A stretch of DNA of 64,000 bases from positions 197,165-261,164 of the forward strand of contig JAGVXH010000004.1 in assembly GCA_018303845.1 (NCBI GenBank), given 5' to 3'. The position numbers and the translations under genes were made by a program. Position 1 is the stretch's first letter; every line of letters begins with the position of its first letter. The notes under the pieces are model-generated. The model was not told where the DNA came from. It searched no databases and saw nothing but the letters and a program-made list of their open reading frames with translations. Below, in pieces: positions 63,908-64,000 of this stretch. The DNA comes from Candidatus Pacearchaeota archaeon. GTDB lineage: Archaea; Nanobdellota; Nanobdellia; Pacearchaeales; GW2011-AR1.

Positions 63908-64000
63908 TAAATCTATTATGTGAGGTATTAAAGTGGTTAAAGTAGGCGTATTAGAAATTTCATAAAACGCTACAAAATAACAAAACCCTATAAAAATTAA

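Noticed and set aside
1-64000. Integrase, transposase, prophage or rRNA genes that could explain the tRNA duplicates and repeats
   Set aside because: I recognised no ORF with tyrosine/serine recombinase, DDE, HUH or capsid/terminase-like motifs, and no rRNA-like sequence. This absence rests on reading by eye only and should be confirmed with HMM searches.

Overview
This is an AT-rich, gene-dense archaeal chromosome segment. TBP, ribosomal protein L15e, NAC, TFS, two Cdc48 paralogues and class III signal-peptide pilins mark it as archaeal. Lys-rich protein tails and a fermentative gene set fit a small-genome DPANN-type lineage, but that lineage call is inference. All product calls come from motifs read in the translated ORFs; no similarity search was run.

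Content by region:
- 0-16 kb, housekeeping: tbp, ATP-dependent DNA ligase, ppsA, thioredoxin, L15e, tRNA-Ile, an MFS transporter, tRNA-Gly, metG, MinD and NAC.
- 16-27 kb: a type IV pilus-like locus. It has one pilin, a KaiC/FlaH-like ATPase, a two-gene platform and a FlaI/PilB-like ATPase. A co-directional operon follows with five class III signal-peptide proteins, including an 880-aa vWA protein.
- 27-39 kb: serS, tRNA-Lys, TFS, signal peptidase and MetAP. This stretch also holds an AbrB/Zn-ribbon - Cdc48 - Hsp20-like - Cdc48 operon.
- 39-50 kb, mixed accessory genes: GDPD, GNAT, a histidine phosphatase, an HExxH peptidase, a NOL1/NOP2/Sun methylase and ROK glucokinase. Also here are a long RelA/SpoT homologue, a membrane-anchored AlbA_2 (Schlafen-type) protein and a 5'-truncated RHS/YD toxin module.
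- 50.6-56.6 kb: a group-3b-like [NiFe] sulfhydrogenase operon (hydB-[NTase]-hydG-hydD-hydA) with a maturation protease, hypC and hypA.
- 56.7-63.5 kb, sugar-metabolism cluster: tpiA, an aldo/keto reductase, class I FBA, a GH15 enzyme, a PfkB kinase and pgk.

The most unusual signals are two short repeat families. All copies I located read the same way on the + strand.
1. A triple 9-10 nt repeat (AATCYGTGT x3 ... GTGG) occurs at 10 sites, and pairs of copies bracket both GxxExxY (PD-(D/E)XK-type) genes.
2. A (CCCCCAAA)4 repeat is G-quadruplex-capable on the - strand. It is intergenic at three copies and sits in frame inside MetAP and the hydrogenase large subunit.

No rRNA, CRISPR array, integrase or transposase gene was recognised.
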